This document shows, piece after piece, positions 10,361-22,355 of a stretch of 64,000 nt of DNA. Position 1 is the first letter of the stretch; the number at the start of each line of letters is the position of its first letter. The notes beneath the pieces are model-generated. The model was not told where the DNA came from. It saw nothing but the letters and a program-made list of their open reading frames with translations, and did not search any database. Position numbers and translations under genes: made by a program. The stretch comes from an uncultured Gammaproteobacteria bacterium. Its GTDB lineage: Bacteria; Pseudomonadota; Gammaproteobacteria; JACCXJ01. The DNA lies in the NCBI GenBank assembly GCA_963764725.1, contig CAVXTM010000016.1, positions 416,001-480,000 of the forward strand, given 5' to 3'.

Positions 10361-11919
10361 TCATCGTCCACGCGGCGGCTCGCCCAGGAAGGACGACTCC
10401 TGCACCCCGGGCGGCGCGATGTCACCGGTGCTGAAGGCGAGCGCGGCCGCCGCGGTGAAGACCGCGCTCCTCGTCTCGGTATCGGCGGTGCGCGCCTTGG
10501 TCAGCGCGGTCTGCGCATTGGTGACGTCGACGAAGGTGGCGACGCCGTTGCGATACGAGTCGATCGCCGCGTCGTACGACCGCTCCGCGGCGGCGAGCAG
10601 CGCGACGGCCGCCTCGCGCTGGCGCAGGGCGACCTTCAGGTCCTCGTAGGCCTTCACGACCTGCCGCGCCGTGCGGTCGCGGGCGAGCTCGAGCTCCTCG
10701 TCGGCGACGCGCCGCTGCGACTTCGGCCACGCCCGAGCCGGTTCTGCGCAGGCCGCCGTCGAAGAGCGGCAGCTCGATCGCATATCGCGGCGCCGTAGGC
10801 GGTTTCGTTCACGCCCGCCCAGCCGGGGATGTCGCTGGTGCGCACGCGGCCGATGTTCTGAGCGACGTCGCCGGCGACGACGATCCGCGGATAGAACTCC
10901 GACTGCGCCTTGCGGATCTCGGCTTCGCGCGCGCGGACCACGGCGACGCGCGCGAGCAGGTCCGGGCGCTGCGCGAGCGCGCGATCGACGAGCTTTTCGG
11001 CGGTGTCCTCGAGCATTGCGGGCAGCGCGACGTCCGCCGAGCCCGGCGATGCGCAGCGGGGTCGTCGGGCGCACGCCCATCGCCTCGAGCAGCGCCATGC
11101 GTGCGTCGGTCTCTCCGGCGATCGCCTCCTGCAGCTCGTAGGCCGCCCGCGCGGTCTGCTCGCGCGCCTGGAGCACCTCCGGGAGCGTCGCGAGTCCGCG
11201 GCCCCGCCGCGACTCGGCCGCGTCCTGCAGCGTCTGCGCCTGGTTGAGCGAGGCGCGCGCGACTTCGACCCGCCCCTGCACGGCGTTCAGGGCGTAGTAG
11301 GCCCGCGTGACGTCGAAGACGATCTTCTGATGCGTCGCGTTGAAGCCGAAGTTCGCGGCGGCCAGAGCTTGCGTCGTCGCGTCGACGGTGGCCTCCTTGC
11401 CGCCGAAGTCGAACAGCAGCCACTTGAGCGTGAGCGCCGGCAGGAAGAACTGCGTGTCGGCGACGAAGAACCCCTCGGGGGTCAGGACGGTCTTGGGAAG
11501 CGGAGACGAGCACGCGCTGGAACGGCCGCGACGGCCTGGGCGGAGAGCATCGGGGCGTAGACGCTCTCCGCGATCCCGACGCCGAGCGCCGCTTCGCGCG
11601 CGCGCTCCCAGGCGACGCGCGTCTCGGGGTTGGTCCGCTGGGCGATGTCGATCAGCTCGGCGAGCTCGTAGCGCCTTGCCCGGGATCGATCGCGGGCGGG
11701 CCGGCGCGCGTTGAGCGCCGGCGCGCGCGGCTCGGCCGCGATTGCCAGCGCCGCGCGGAATAGCGTCGCGGTATTCGGGACGGCCCAGGGCCGCTCTGGC
11801 GCGGGCGGCGATCATGGCGCTCGCGATCGGCGCGCACCCGCTTCTGCGCGGCGCCGGCGGCGAGCAGCAGCGGCCGACACTGCTCGAAGCGGCCGGAATC
11901 GGATGACGGCTGCGCTCAT
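10361..11919 (-). CDS. TolC-family outer membrane factor (MdtP position), multiple frameshifts
   Basis: Pieces across frames: LKWLLFDFGG, LAQRPDL, QSEFYPRI, SYRNGVATFVD; start ATG overlaps the upstream FUSC stop. Confidence 0.8.
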
Positions 11920-14050
11920 GCGGTCCCCGCTGCCCGCTGGAGCGCTTCGACCCGGTCGACGAGCGTCTCGCACAGCGCGACGCTCGCCGTCGAGCCAGTG
12001 TCCCGCCTCGGCTCCCGGATGCGCGACTCGCCGCCCCGAGCGCGGCGAGAGGCGTGCGCAGGTCGAGCGTGCGCGTCACGCACCGCCCGTCTCGATCCAC
12101 CTCGCGACGCCGTCGAGCGCTGCGGCGATCGCCGTACCCGAGCGACGCGCGCGCGCCGCATCGGCGTCGTGCTGCGAGCCGGCGCCCCGGTCTCGCGATG
12201 CCGCTCGAGCGCGAGCCTGCGCGAGCAGGACGCGCCGCGCGAGGTCGATCAGCGTCGCGCACCCGCCGGCCCCGTTCGCCGCTCACGGCGACGTGAGCGC
12301 TTCGGGCTCGAACGCAAAGAGCTCGCCGAGCCGGTCCGCCTCGTCGAGCGCCTGCCAGGCGGCGGCGCGCAGCGCGCGCGGGTCGCCGTGCGCCGTCGGC
12401 GAGCTCGCCATGCGGCGCAGCGCCGCCGCGAGCGACCGCACCATGCCCGCTCCCGGCGCGCTCCGGCCACACGTAGGCGAACACGAGCGCCATCACGACC
12501 ACGCCGAAGACGACGCCGACGAAGCGGTCGCGAAACTCGGTCACGTCCGTGCTGGGGCCGTAGCCCTGCAGGACGGCCAGATAGAACGCGAAGGCGAGCT
12601 GCACACCCAGCGTAGGCGGTGCGCTCGCTGGCCCATCGCGATCCACGCGGCGAGCGCGGTGACGGCGGCGACCAGCAGCACGAGCTGCTGCGATCGACGT
12701 CATGTGCGGCACGAGGAAGACGATCGACGCGAGCGCGAGCCCGCCGCCGATCGCGCAGCCGACGAGGCGCAGCGTCGCCTTGTGGATCGTCGCCCCGGCG
12801 CTGCCGAGCGCCACGATGGCGCAGGTGATCATGCACGTGTGGATGCCGTTCCAGTCGACCGCGGTGTAGGCGACGTAGCAGAACATCGCCGCCAGCGTGA
12901 CCTTCAGCGCGAACTGGGCGTAGCGCGGATTCGTGAAGGCATCGGGCACGAATAGGCTGCCGGCGCGCGCCGGCTGGTCGACCTCGGGACGCTCCGCGAG
13001 CGGCAGCTCGCGGACGACCCGCTCGAGCTCGGCGAGGACGGGCGTGAGCGCCGAGGGCGCGATCGTCGTCTTCGCGGCGGCCGACGGAATGGTGGCGGGC
13101 AGCGCCTCAGCGCCGGAGGAGACCGCCGCGGCGAGACGCTCGCACGCCGCGGCCACGCGCTCGAGCCGTGCGCGCTGCGCAGGGGAAGGCTCGAGTCGGC
13201 AAGATCGGCGAGGAGCGCCGCCGACTCGACCAGGCGCTCCAGCAGGAGGATCTTCGCGGTGCGCTCGGCGCGCAGCGGCTCGACCGACGGATCGCGGATC
13301 TCCGCGAGGCGCACCAGCTTGAGAAGCGGCTGCGGAACCCTGCGCGGCGATATCCGCGCGAGCGCCGCAGCGGCATTCGCGCCTCCGCGCTTGCCGCGGG
13401 GCGCCGGAGCGCGCGCGCGACGGCGCGCAAACGCTCGGCGGCCTCGCGCCGCAGCAGCGGCTCCGGGTCGGCGGGCAGCAGGAGCAGGTTCACGCGCTAT
13501 CGTGACCGACCGCCGGGTACACGATCGCCACCCAGATCCACAGCACGGCGCGCACGAGCGGCTCCGGGTCCGGGAACGAGATCGACGATAGGCCTGGCTC
13601 ACGAGCACGACGATCGCGAGCGAGGAAACCGGCCGGCCCCGACGACGAAGACGCGGCTGCGCGTACATCCCGATGAAGAAGACGAGCGCCATCGCGGCGA
13701 GGCGCAGCGGCGGGTAGTCGATGGTGCACGCGGAAGATGAGGATCGTGAGCGCGATGGCGAAGCGTGAGCGACGACGATCGCCAGGCTGCCTGCGATCGC
13801 GATGGCGACCGAGTTCTGCGCGGTGACGACCGGAGTGAGCATGGTGAGGAAGAGGACGATGAACAGCGACACGGCGACCTACGGCACCTCGAGCGTCATC
13901 GAGGTGACGAGCACGATCGACGCTCGCGACCACGATGCGGACCGTGGCGTTCAGGCGGCCCGGCGTTGGCGCGAGCTCGGCGCGCAGGAACTGCGAGCCA
14001 CGACGGCGGCGGCGTCCGGCTGCGTCGAGCGCTGGCGCCGCGGTCGTCAT
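11916..14050 (-). CDS. mdtO: FUSC-family inner membrane efflux subunit (MdtO-like), multiple frameshifts
   Basis: ELAPTPGR, PDAFTNPRYAQFALKVTLAAMFCY, GIHTCMITC, HKATLRLVGC, FRDRFVGV motifs. Confidence 0.8.
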
Positions 14051-15256
14051 GGCTGCGCTCCGATCAGCGCGCCGCCGTGCGCCTTCTTCCGCGCGCTCTC
14101 CGGCGGAATCAGCGCGACCGCGGAGGCGCCGATGCGGAAGAGATCCGCCGGCGGCGTCGTCGACGCGAATGCGCACCGGAAAGCGCTGCGCCACCCGCAC
14201 CCAGTTGATCGAGCGCGGCACGCGCGGCAGGCCGTTCGCGCTCGCGCCGCCTTCCTCGGGGAACACCCCGAAGCCGATCGAATGGACGGTGCCGGCGAAG
14301 CGGCGGCTCGGGTCGGACATGAGGTAGACCTCGGCGGCCATGCCCGGGCGGATCCCCTTGAGCGCCGTCTCGCGGAAGTTCGCGATCACGTACCAGTTCC
14401 GCGTGTCGATCAGCGTGAAGAGGCGCCGGCCGGTCGCGGCGAACTCGCCCTCGGCGATGTCGAGATCGATGACCCGGCCGTCGAACGGCGCGCGCATGAC
14501 GGTCTGCTCGAGGTCGTACTCGGCCGTCGCGACCGCCGCGCGCAGCTCGCCGAGCTTCGCGACCAGCGCGTCGACGCCGCTCACGGCCGCCGCGGCGCGT
14601 TCGGCGTCGCGCCGGGCGACCTGCAGCGCCGCCTCCGCCGCCCGCTTCGCCGTCCGCGCCTGATCCACCTGCTCGGCGGTGACGTACTCTTTCGCGAGCA
14701 GCGGTTCGATGCGCCGCAGCGTATCCGCCGCCTGCTTTGCCTGGGCTTCCGCGCGGTCGATGTTGGCGCGCGCGGCGGCGGCGCCGAGCTGCTGCGCCCG
14801 CACGTCGCGGCGACTGAGGCCGATCTGCTTCTCGAGGCTGTCGAGCGCCGCGCGCGCGCGCTCGAGCGCGTGCCGGTAGGGAACCGAGTCGATCTCGAAC
14901 AGCACGTCGCCCTTCTTCACGGCCTGGTTGTCGTGCACGCGCAGGCTGACGATCCGCCCGCTTACCTGGGGCGCGACGCCGATCGTGTCCGCGCGAACGA
15001 ATGCGTCGTCGGTGCGCGGCGATTGATCGAGGTAGTAGACGACGTAGCCCGCCAGCGCGATCGCGACGAGGAGGATCCCGAGCCCGACGATACGCCCAAG
15101 CTTGCTGCGGTGGGACGTCGCCACAGGCGTGCTCGGTGTGGGGGGCATGGAACCCGCCATAGGTGCGTCCGGAGTATCAGGAGCGGTGGTCGCCGCGGGT
15201 TTGCCTGGAGTGTCGGTGGTGGCAGCCGCCCCTGGTGCGGTCGGAGTGTCGTGCAT
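14047..15256 (-). CDS. mdtN: MdtN-like HlyD adaptor with Pro/Thr/Ala-rich N-terminal extension; frameshift near the 3' end
   Basis: PRTDDAFV, VAPQVSGRI, WYVIANFRET, INWVRVAQRFPVRI. Confidence 0.88.
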
Positions 15257-15263
15257 GGCCTTC

Positions 15264-15542
15264 CTATCCCCGGAAGAAGGCGAGCCAGGTGGCAAGGGTG
15301 AACGCGAGCGCGAGTGCTGGATACACGAGTCCCAGGGGACCGATCCAGGGCTCCAGGCCTGCGGCCGCCAGCGCCTGGCGGGCGACGAGCGTCAGTGCGA
15401 TCCCGACGAGGATGCACAGCATCCAGGACGGGAAGTAGGCCCCGAGCACGTTGACCGACGGCACGCGCTCGCACCCGCAGAGCGGAACGCTCGCCGCGAT
15501 GACGTGGGCGCGGCCGAAGGCAGTGCGAGCGATGCCCGTCAT
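15264..15542 (-). CDS. ytcA: YtcA-family lipoprotein
   Basis: GCERVPSVNVLGAYFPSWMLC...LVYPAL; located directly upstream of mdtN as in the canonical operon. Confidence 0.85.
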   Translation of the reverse strand: MTGIARTAFGRAHVIAASVPLCGCERVPSVNVLGAYFPSWMLCILVGIALTLVARQALAAAGLEPWIGPLGLVYPALALAFTLATWLAFFRG

Positions 15543-15585
15543 GGAAGGTTCCTGCGAAGCTGCAAGAGACGCTGCTGCTCGCGCC

Positions 15586-16143
15586 CGCGAGCACGCCATG
15601 AAAGCGGATGAGATGGAGTTTTGGGCGCGGGACAAGCGCGGCCAGGCGCTGCATGAGCTCCAGGGGTGACATCACGACATGGGTGGTCCCGTCGTGGTAG
15701 GGGCTCTTGAGTTGCAGCACGACATCGCCGGCACGATTGAGTGTCAGTCGTTCGTTGGCAATGGCGGGGCGGGTGATGTAGCGGCACAGGTGTTCCAGCT
15801 GCTTGCGCTCATGGGCAGCGCAGCACACCTCGGCATGGAGGCTGAAGCCCTGCGCGTTGGCGCAGCCCACGGGGTCAATGGCGGCTCTGTCGGGAGGGTT
15901 TGCAAGCTCAGCACTTTCTGGCCCGCCCGCAATGCGGTAGGTGCAGGCTGCCGCCCGCAGGGGCCCGAGCGCGAGATCCGGATCGGTGTCGGCGAGATAG
16001 GTCATGCTCTGCTCTTCGATGAGGAAGCCCTTGCGCGTCAATAATCTCATGAGGCGCTTGATGATGCGCGTGAGTAAGACCTGCAGCTCTCCCGCGGTCG
16101 GGGCGCGCACGGCATGGAACACCGGCAGGCCCGCGGTGGTGCG
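15586..16143 (-). mobile_element. IS91/ISCR-family rolling-circle transposase internal fragment
   Basis: PVFHAVRAPT, AACTYRIA.GPRAGQKVL, GFSLHA, LEHLCRYITRPAIANERL, DGTTHVVMSPLELMQRLAALVPRPKLHLIRFHGVLA. Confidence 0.92.
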
Positions 16144-16156
16144 AACCTTTGGCGAA

Positions 16157-16315
16157 ATGAACAGCCTTCAGCAAGTTGGTTGCCCTACCGGCACCCATGT
16201 GCCCGAGTCCAATGAATTGTAAGCGGCGATTGAAAGTCGGGCACGGCGTCGCGCGCCCTGCGCCACGCTCGAGCCCGATGACTTTCAATCCCGTCTGTAC
16301 CAGTTCGAGGGCCGC
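16157..16315 (-). pseudogene. Two tiny oxidoreductase fragments (GMC-flavoprotein-like and 3-hydroxyacid-dehydrogenase-like)
   Basis: ALELVQTGLKVIGLERG (FAD-binding region) followed by FIGLGHMG...NLLKA (Rossmann start). Confidence 0.5.
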
Positions 16316-16561
16316 CTGCAGAGCGCGCAAATATATATGTCGCTCGAGGTCGTCGTCCTTTCGTTTGTAGGCCTCATACGCACGCACCAGTTGCTCATCG
16401 AGGGTCTCGACATGCGGCGGCAGAAGCCCGTGCAAGCCAAGCTTGCTCCGTTCGTCCTCCGTGAATGCTGTGCCTTTGTTCAACCCTTGGCGGTTCAGAA
16501 GATCCATGCCATGAGGGACATCTGAGGAACCTGATTTCTTTGGTGGCTGTTGTGTGGTCAT
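16316..16561 (-). pseudogene. NAD-dependent malic enzyme N-terminal fragment (about 82 aa)
   Basis: LNKGTAFTEDERSKLGLHGLLPPHVETLDEQL...ERHIYLRALQ. Confidence 0.9.
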
Positions 16562-16589
16562 TCTCGTGTTCCTTTCTGTTTCTCTTCTT

Positions 16590-16750
16590 CGTGGAGCTTT
16601 GTCCTAACCTCGGAGGCTCACCTGGTCATGGCCAAGCGGGTGTGCGAATCCTACGGCGATGCATGGATTTGGATGGCCTTTGTGCCCGGTTGGCGGATGG
16701 TGCTGGTCTTTGTGGTGGGCAAGCGCACTCAGGCGAATGCTAACCTGTTG
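16590..16750 (+). mobile_element. IS1-family transposase fragment
   Basis: WSFV...YGDAWIWMAFVPGWRMVLVFVVGKRTQANANLL matches the InsB-like DDE region. Confidence 0.75.
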
Positions 16751-17318
16751 ATAGGGGCGCGGATCGATTTTCGCGCAGAGCTGGCCCGCCTTCACTCGCA
16801 TGCTGGCGTTGCAATGGATCGCCTGGATTACGCCGGACACGCGCGGGCCGACAGACGCGGCCGTGGCGGGACCGACGACTCTTTTCGCGGTGATAGCGCG
16901 GGCTCCCGGACCACGTTCGAGCTGCATCGGCATCATCTGGTCCATGGGCTTCATATTGTGGTTCAGATGCGCCATGATCCACAGCGAACCGGCGAGGACC
17001 AGCAGGACGATCAGCACGCCGAAGGCAAGCGCCATGACATTGTTGACGTTGTCTGGAGCCGGTCGTGATGTGGAGGAAGAAGACGAGGTGAACGCCCATC
17101 TGCGCGATTGCGAGAACGACCAGGGCGACTGGAATGCTTGGACCCCAGACGAGTGTGGTGCCCGAGATGAAGAAGGACATGACGGTGAGCAGCGTCGCGA
17201 GCCCAAGTCCAATCAGATAGCTCTTGATTCCCTCGGCGATCTCTGCGCGGTCGAGGCGCTGATCGCCCGGCGCGGCGTCCGTGCGATGGAGGTCACTTGT
17301 TGGCTCGGAGTGGCTCAT
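16751..17318 (-). CDS. cyoD: Cytochrome o ubiquinol oxidase subunit IV, reading into an MFP-like domain and truncated by IS1; one frameshift near 17062
   Basis: SYLIGLGLATLLT, QMGVHLVFFLHIT, GSLWIMAHLNHNM, then VGPRVSGVIQ...VKAGQLCAKIDPRPYQ. Confidence 0.85.
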
Positions 17319-17988
17319 GGCGCCACTCCCATCAGGTACACCACGGTGAATATCGCAACCCAAATGATGTCCAGGGCGTGCCAGAACAGGCTGAAGCAGA
17401 GAATGCGCCGGAGAATGTCCGCCCGGTACCCCTTGGCGAACACCTGCGCCATCATCGTCAGCAGCCACAGCAGGCCGGCGGTGACATGAAGGCCGTGGCA
17501 TCCGACCAGCGTAAAGAAGGCCGAGAGGAACGCGCTCCGCGTCGGGCCTGCCCCTCGCGCGACCATGCCCGCGAACTCCTGGATCTCGATGGTAAGAAAC
17601 GCGGCCCCAAGCATGAAGGTCGCGGCCATCGCGCCATAGAACCAGGATCCGCTATGCGCTCGGGCACCGATGTCTTGCGAGGCCGCAGGTGAAGCTCGAG
17701 ACGAGAAGGAACGCCGTCTCGAGCGCGACGTTGCGTCAGGTTGAACAGCTCCCGGCCGCTCGGTCCCCCTGCCGTGTTGCCGACCAGCACCGCGTAGGCG
17801 GCGAAGAAGGCGGAGAACATGATGATGTCGCTCAGCAGGAAAATCCAGAAGCCGTAGCCGGTGATGATGCGCTTCGATACCAGCCCACCGCCCGCGTGCC
17901 CCTCCGTGTGCTGGTGGTACGACGACTCCCGGTCGTGTCCGAGGTGATGCGGGTCGATCTGGCCGACGGCCGCGTCGATGGTGGTCAT
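17315..17988 (-). CDS. cyoC: Cytochrome o ubiquinol oxidase subunit III (frameshifts near 17.7 kb)
   Basis: [35 protein letters not shown]. Confidence 0.92.
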
Positions 17989-19989
17989 GGCGCCGCCTGC
18001 AGTCGAGCGAGCGCCGCACTGCGCGCGCTTCGGTTGGCTCGATCTATGCGCGCGACTGTTTCCGCTGGAATGATGTACTCGTCCTTGTCCCGCCAGGCAA
18101 AGACGACGAAGGTCGCATAGGCGCCCAATGCGGCCAGGCCCACCATCCACCAGATGTGCCAGATCAACGCGAAACCCATGATCGTTGCGAAGAAGGCGCA
18201 GATGAAGCCGGTTGGGCTGTTCCTTGGCATCTCGATTTCCGCATAGGCGGGCTCCTCGCTGAGCCTCGCCTGCTGGAGGGCCCGCTGCTTCATGCCCCAG
18301 TAGGCCTCTTCGCCCTCGATATTGGGGAGCACCGCGAAGTTGAAGGCCGGCGGAGGGGACGGTGTCGCCCATTCGAGGGAGCGTCCATTCCAAGGATCGC
18401 CGGTCTCGTCGCGAAGCTCCTCACGCCGGCGAATGCTGACGACGAGCTGCGCAATCTGCAGAATTATTCCGATAAGGATGATCGCCGCGCCGCCGGCCGC
18501 GATCAGCAACCATGGATGCCAGGCCGCGACATCGTAGTGCTGCATGCGACGGGTCATTCCCATGAGGCCGAGGACGTAGAGCGGCATGAAGGCGACGTAG
18601 AAGCCTGATGATCCAGCACCAGAACGAGGCCTTGCCGAGTCCTTCGTGCAACCGGAAGCCAAACGCCTTCGGAAACCAATAGGTGTAGCCGGCGAACGCG
18701 CCGAACAGCACCCCGCCGATGATGACGTTGTGGAAGTGGGCCACGAGGAAAAGGCTATTGTGAAGCACGAAGTCCGCCGGGGGCACCGCCAGCAGAACGC
18801 CGGTCATTCCGCCGATCACGAATGTGACCATAAAGCCGATCGACCACAATAGCGGCGTCGAATAAACGACCCGGCCGCCGTACATCGTGAAGAGCCAATT
18901 GAAGATCTTGACGCCCGTGGGCACCGCGATGATCATCGAAGCGATGCCGAAGATCGCGTTGACGTCGGCGCCGGCGCCCATCGTGAAGAAGTGGTGCAGC
19001 CAGACCGTGAAAGAAAGGATACAGATGACCATCGTCGCGGCGACCATCGAGCGGTAGCCGAACAGCGGCTTGCCGGAGAATGTCGAGACCACCTCCGAGA
19101 ATACGCCGAAGGCGGGCAGAATGAGGATGTAGACCTCCGGATGTCCCCACGCCCAAATGAGGTTCACGAACATCATCATGTTGCCGCCGGCTTCGTTGGT
19201 GAAAAAGTGAAAGCCGAGGTACCGGTCCAGCAGCAGCATGGCCAGCGTCGCCGTGAGGATGGGGAACGCCGCGACGATCAGCAGGTTGGAGGCGAGCGTC
19301 GTCCAGCAGAACATCGGCATGCGCATGTAGGTCATGCCGGGAGCGTGAAGCTTCAGGACCGTGGTGATGAGATTGATTCCTGCCAGCAAGGTCCCCACAC
19401 CGGAAATTACGAGCGACCAGAGGTAGTAATCGACGCCGACGCCGGGCGAGTAGGTCAGCCCGGACAGCGGCGGATACGGCAGCCACCCGGTACGCGCGAA
19501 TTCTCCGACGACCAACGAAATATTGACCAGCAGCGCACCGGTGGCGGTCAGCCAGAAGCCGACCGAGTTGAGCGTTGGGAACGCGACGTCGCGGACCCCG
19601 AGCTGGAGCGGCACGACGAAGTTCATCAGCCCGATGACGAACGGCATCGCGACGAAGAAGATCATTAGCGTGCCGTGCGCCGAGAAGATCTGGTCGTAAT
19701 GTTCGGGCGGCAGGTAGCCCGGGGACCGGAAGGCGAGGGCCTGTTGCGACCGCATCATGATCGCATCGGAGAAGCCGCGCAGCAGCATCACCATCGCGAG
19801 CAGGATGTACATGATCCCGATCCGCTTGTGGTCGACGCTGGTGATCCACTCCCGCCAAAGGTAGGGGAGCCATCCCTTCAAGGTAACCCAGGCGAGGACG
19901 CCGATGATCACGAGGCCGACCACGCCCGCTGCGACCAGCGGGATCGGCTGATCGAATGGAATCGCTTCCCAGCTGAGCTTGCCCAACAT
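17985..19989 (-). CDS. cyoB: Cytochrome o ubiquinol oxidase subunit I (frameshift near 18607)
   Basis: [41 protein letters not shown]. Confidence 0.96.
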
Positions 19990-19990
19990 A

Positions 19991-20883
19991 TTAGTCCTCC
20001 GTCCGCGGCGATACGCTCGGATGAGGTCGCCCGGTCCGCGGGCCAGGTCCAGGCGGCAGTTTCTGTGTGACGATCTGCTGGAACAGCCCGGGAGCGACAG
20101 CACGGAAGGTGAACGGACGGGCAGTGATGCTCTGCCTGGCCAGCGCAGCGTAAGCTGTCAGGATCGAGGGTTGGACCCGTGCTGCGCGTGGCTTCGATCC
20201 AGGCGTTGAACCGCTCCGCCGGCAACGCGAGCACGTCGAAATGCATATCCGAGAAACCATCGCCACTATAGTGGCTCGAGAGGCCGCGGAAGGTGCCAGG
20301 CGCGTCCGCCTGCAGGTTCAACTGCGTTGTCATTCCGTTCATCGTGTAGATCATGCTGCCGAGCTGCGGGATGAAGAATGCATTCATCACGCTTGCTGAC
20401 GTCAGGGAGAAATGAATGGGCGCTCCGGCGGGAACCACGAGCTGGTTGACGCTCGCGACGCCTTGGTTCGGGTAGATGAAGAGCCACTTCCAATCCAGCG
20501 AGACGACCTGCACCTCGAGCGGTGGCGTGTTCGATGCCAAAGGCTTTGCGGGATCGAGCTCATGGGATCCGATCCAGGCCACGCCACCCAGGAGCATGAT
20601 CACCAGGAGGGGGATGCTCCAGACGATGAGCTCGATGCGGCCCGAATAGGCCCAATCTGGCAGATAGCGTGCCCTCGTGTTGGAGGCTCGAAACCACCAG
20701 GCGAAGGCAAAGGTCGCGGCGATCGTCGGAACAACGATAGCGAGCATGATGGCGAGCGAGTCTGATCAGGATCATCTTTTCGGCTTTCCCAATGACCCCT
20801 TGCGGGTCGAGGACGGCCGGCTGACATGCCGTCAGGACGATCGGCGCCATGAAGACTGCGCAGCGCACAGCGCGGGCATTCAC
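19991..20883 (-). CDS. cyoA: Cytochrome o ubiquinol oxidase subunit II (frameshifts near 20155 and 20762)
   Basis: [13 protein letters not shown] lipoprotein start, [26 protein letters not shown]; no CuA cysteines. Confidence 0.92.
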
Positions 20884-20999
20884 CGAACGAAGGCGCTGCA
20901 AAGGTCCTGTTCTGTCTGGTGATCCGTCTGGCTTGCCGCGTGAATCGGCACGCGACGCGGCCGCCAACTGTGACGGCTGTTGGTCTCGCGTCTTCACCA

Positions 21000-21075
21000 A
21001 AAATAAACGCTCTTTTTTATCGACCAGAATAGTGGTGCTGGGCGAGTTGTCAAGTACGCGAGTCCTCGAGCTGGC
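21000..21075 (-). repeat. IS91/ISCR oriIS-like end with outward sigma70-like promoter facing cyoA
   Basis: Minus strand GAGGACTCGCGTACTTGACAACTCGCCCAGCACCACTATTCTGGTCGATAAAAAAGAGCGTTTATTT; TTGACA (21053-21048), 16 nt spacer, TATTCT (21031-21026). Confidence 0.7.
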
Positions 21076-21255
21076 GGCAGCAGGCCGCGCTAGCCAAACT
21101 TGCTGCGCTCCTCCTCCGTGAACGCCGTGCCTTGTTCAGCCCTGGGCATTCGAGGAGACCCATCCCGCGAGAGCCTTCCTGCATACCTGACTGCGTCACC
21201 TGCTGGTTTGTCGCCATTGTCCCTCTCCTCTTTTGCTGGTCACCGGGTGCGGCGG

Positions 21256-22062
21256 TTACCGGAAGAGATTGATCTTGGCCAGATCGATGATTTCGTCGCC
21301 GCGTCCGCTGAGCACCGCTTTGAGCATGAACAGGCTGAAGCCGGTCATCTGCTCGAGAGTAATCGTCGGTGGCATAGCAAGCTCCTGCCGATTCACGATG
21401 ACTTCGAGCAGAGCAGGTCCGTCATGCTTGAGCGCTTGCGCAATCATCGGTCGCACTTGATCCGGTGTTTCGGCTCTGAGCCCAAGGAGACCCGCCGCCT
21501 CCGCCATCTTTGCGAAATCTGGGTTGTGCAGGTCTGTTCCAAAATCGAGGATGCCGGCGGCCTTCATTTCCAATTCGACAAACGCCAGCGCGCTGTTGTT
21601 GAGGACGATCACCTTGACCGGCAACTGCAGCTGCCGCAGCGAGAGCAGATCGCCCATGAGCATCGCGAGACCGCCGTCTCCGGACAACGAGATCACTTGA
21701 CGGCCACGATGACTGACCTGTGCCCCGATGGCCTGCGGGAGCGCGTTCGCCATGGATCCGTGGCTGAAGGAGCCCAGAATCCGCCGCCTGCCGTTCATCG
21801 TCAGATACCGCGCCGCCCAGATCGTCGGCGTGCCCACATCGCACGAAAAAATCGCGTCCGCGGCGGCAAGCTCGTCGAGCACGCGGGTCAGGTACTGAGG
21901 ATGGATAGGCTTCTTGCCGTGTCCATCCGTCGCCAGTTCATCAAGGCTCTTGCGGGCCTCTCGATAGTGTTCGACCGAGGCCTTCAAGTGCTCATCGAAT
22001 TCGTGCTGTTCCAGCATTGGCAGAAGGGCGCGAAGGGTCGTCTTCGTATCTCCCACCAAGCC
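21256..22062 (-). pseudogene. poxB: Pyruvate oxidase/dehydrogenase (PoxB-like) C-terminal half
   Basis: IHPQY, GSFSHGSMANALPQAIGAQ, SGDGG..M.MGD (ThDP motif), ELAMPPTI; the 5' half is replaced by an IS91 end. Confidence 0.9.
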
Positions 22063-22063
22063 G

Positions 22064-22355
22064 TTTGTCAAGAGGCACCGTATACTGCTGGGCTCGTGAG
22101 CTGTCAAGCATACGGGTCCGCGGCTGGGATGGGGCATTTTTGGGGCCCTTTTCTCGGCCCGAGAGGCTATGATTCGGGGGCGTTTTGGCGTCTCGGGCGA
22201 GCGAGGGCCAAGAGGGAAGGTCGGCTCTGGGGCTGAACCGGATGGACGCGGGGATCGGTGGGGGATCAAGCCAGTTGGAATCGATCGAAAGCCCTGGCCG
22301 CCGCTCGGAGCGGTGCTCGGCCGGGCAAGCCGAGATGGGGGAGGATCTTGGCGAT
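22064..22355 (-). mobile_element. IS91/ISCR right-end remnant: transposase C-terminus plus downstream oriIS-like region
   Basis: 22355-22266 encodes IAKILPHLGLPGRAPLRAAARAFDRFQLA*; downstream GGACCCGTATGCTTGACAGCTCACGAGCCCAGCAGTATACGGTGCCTCT aligns with the 41107-41156 copy. Confidence 0.8.

Noticed and set aside
10361-13156. 931-aa apparent FUSC-TolC fusion
   Set aside because: Produced by multiple frameshifts; a separate stop/start overlap is visible at 11916-11919.
15110-15256. Pro/Thr/Ala-rich quasi-repeat at the MdtN N-terminus
   Set aside because: Imperfect low-complexity linker with no discrete repeat unit; common in adaptors.
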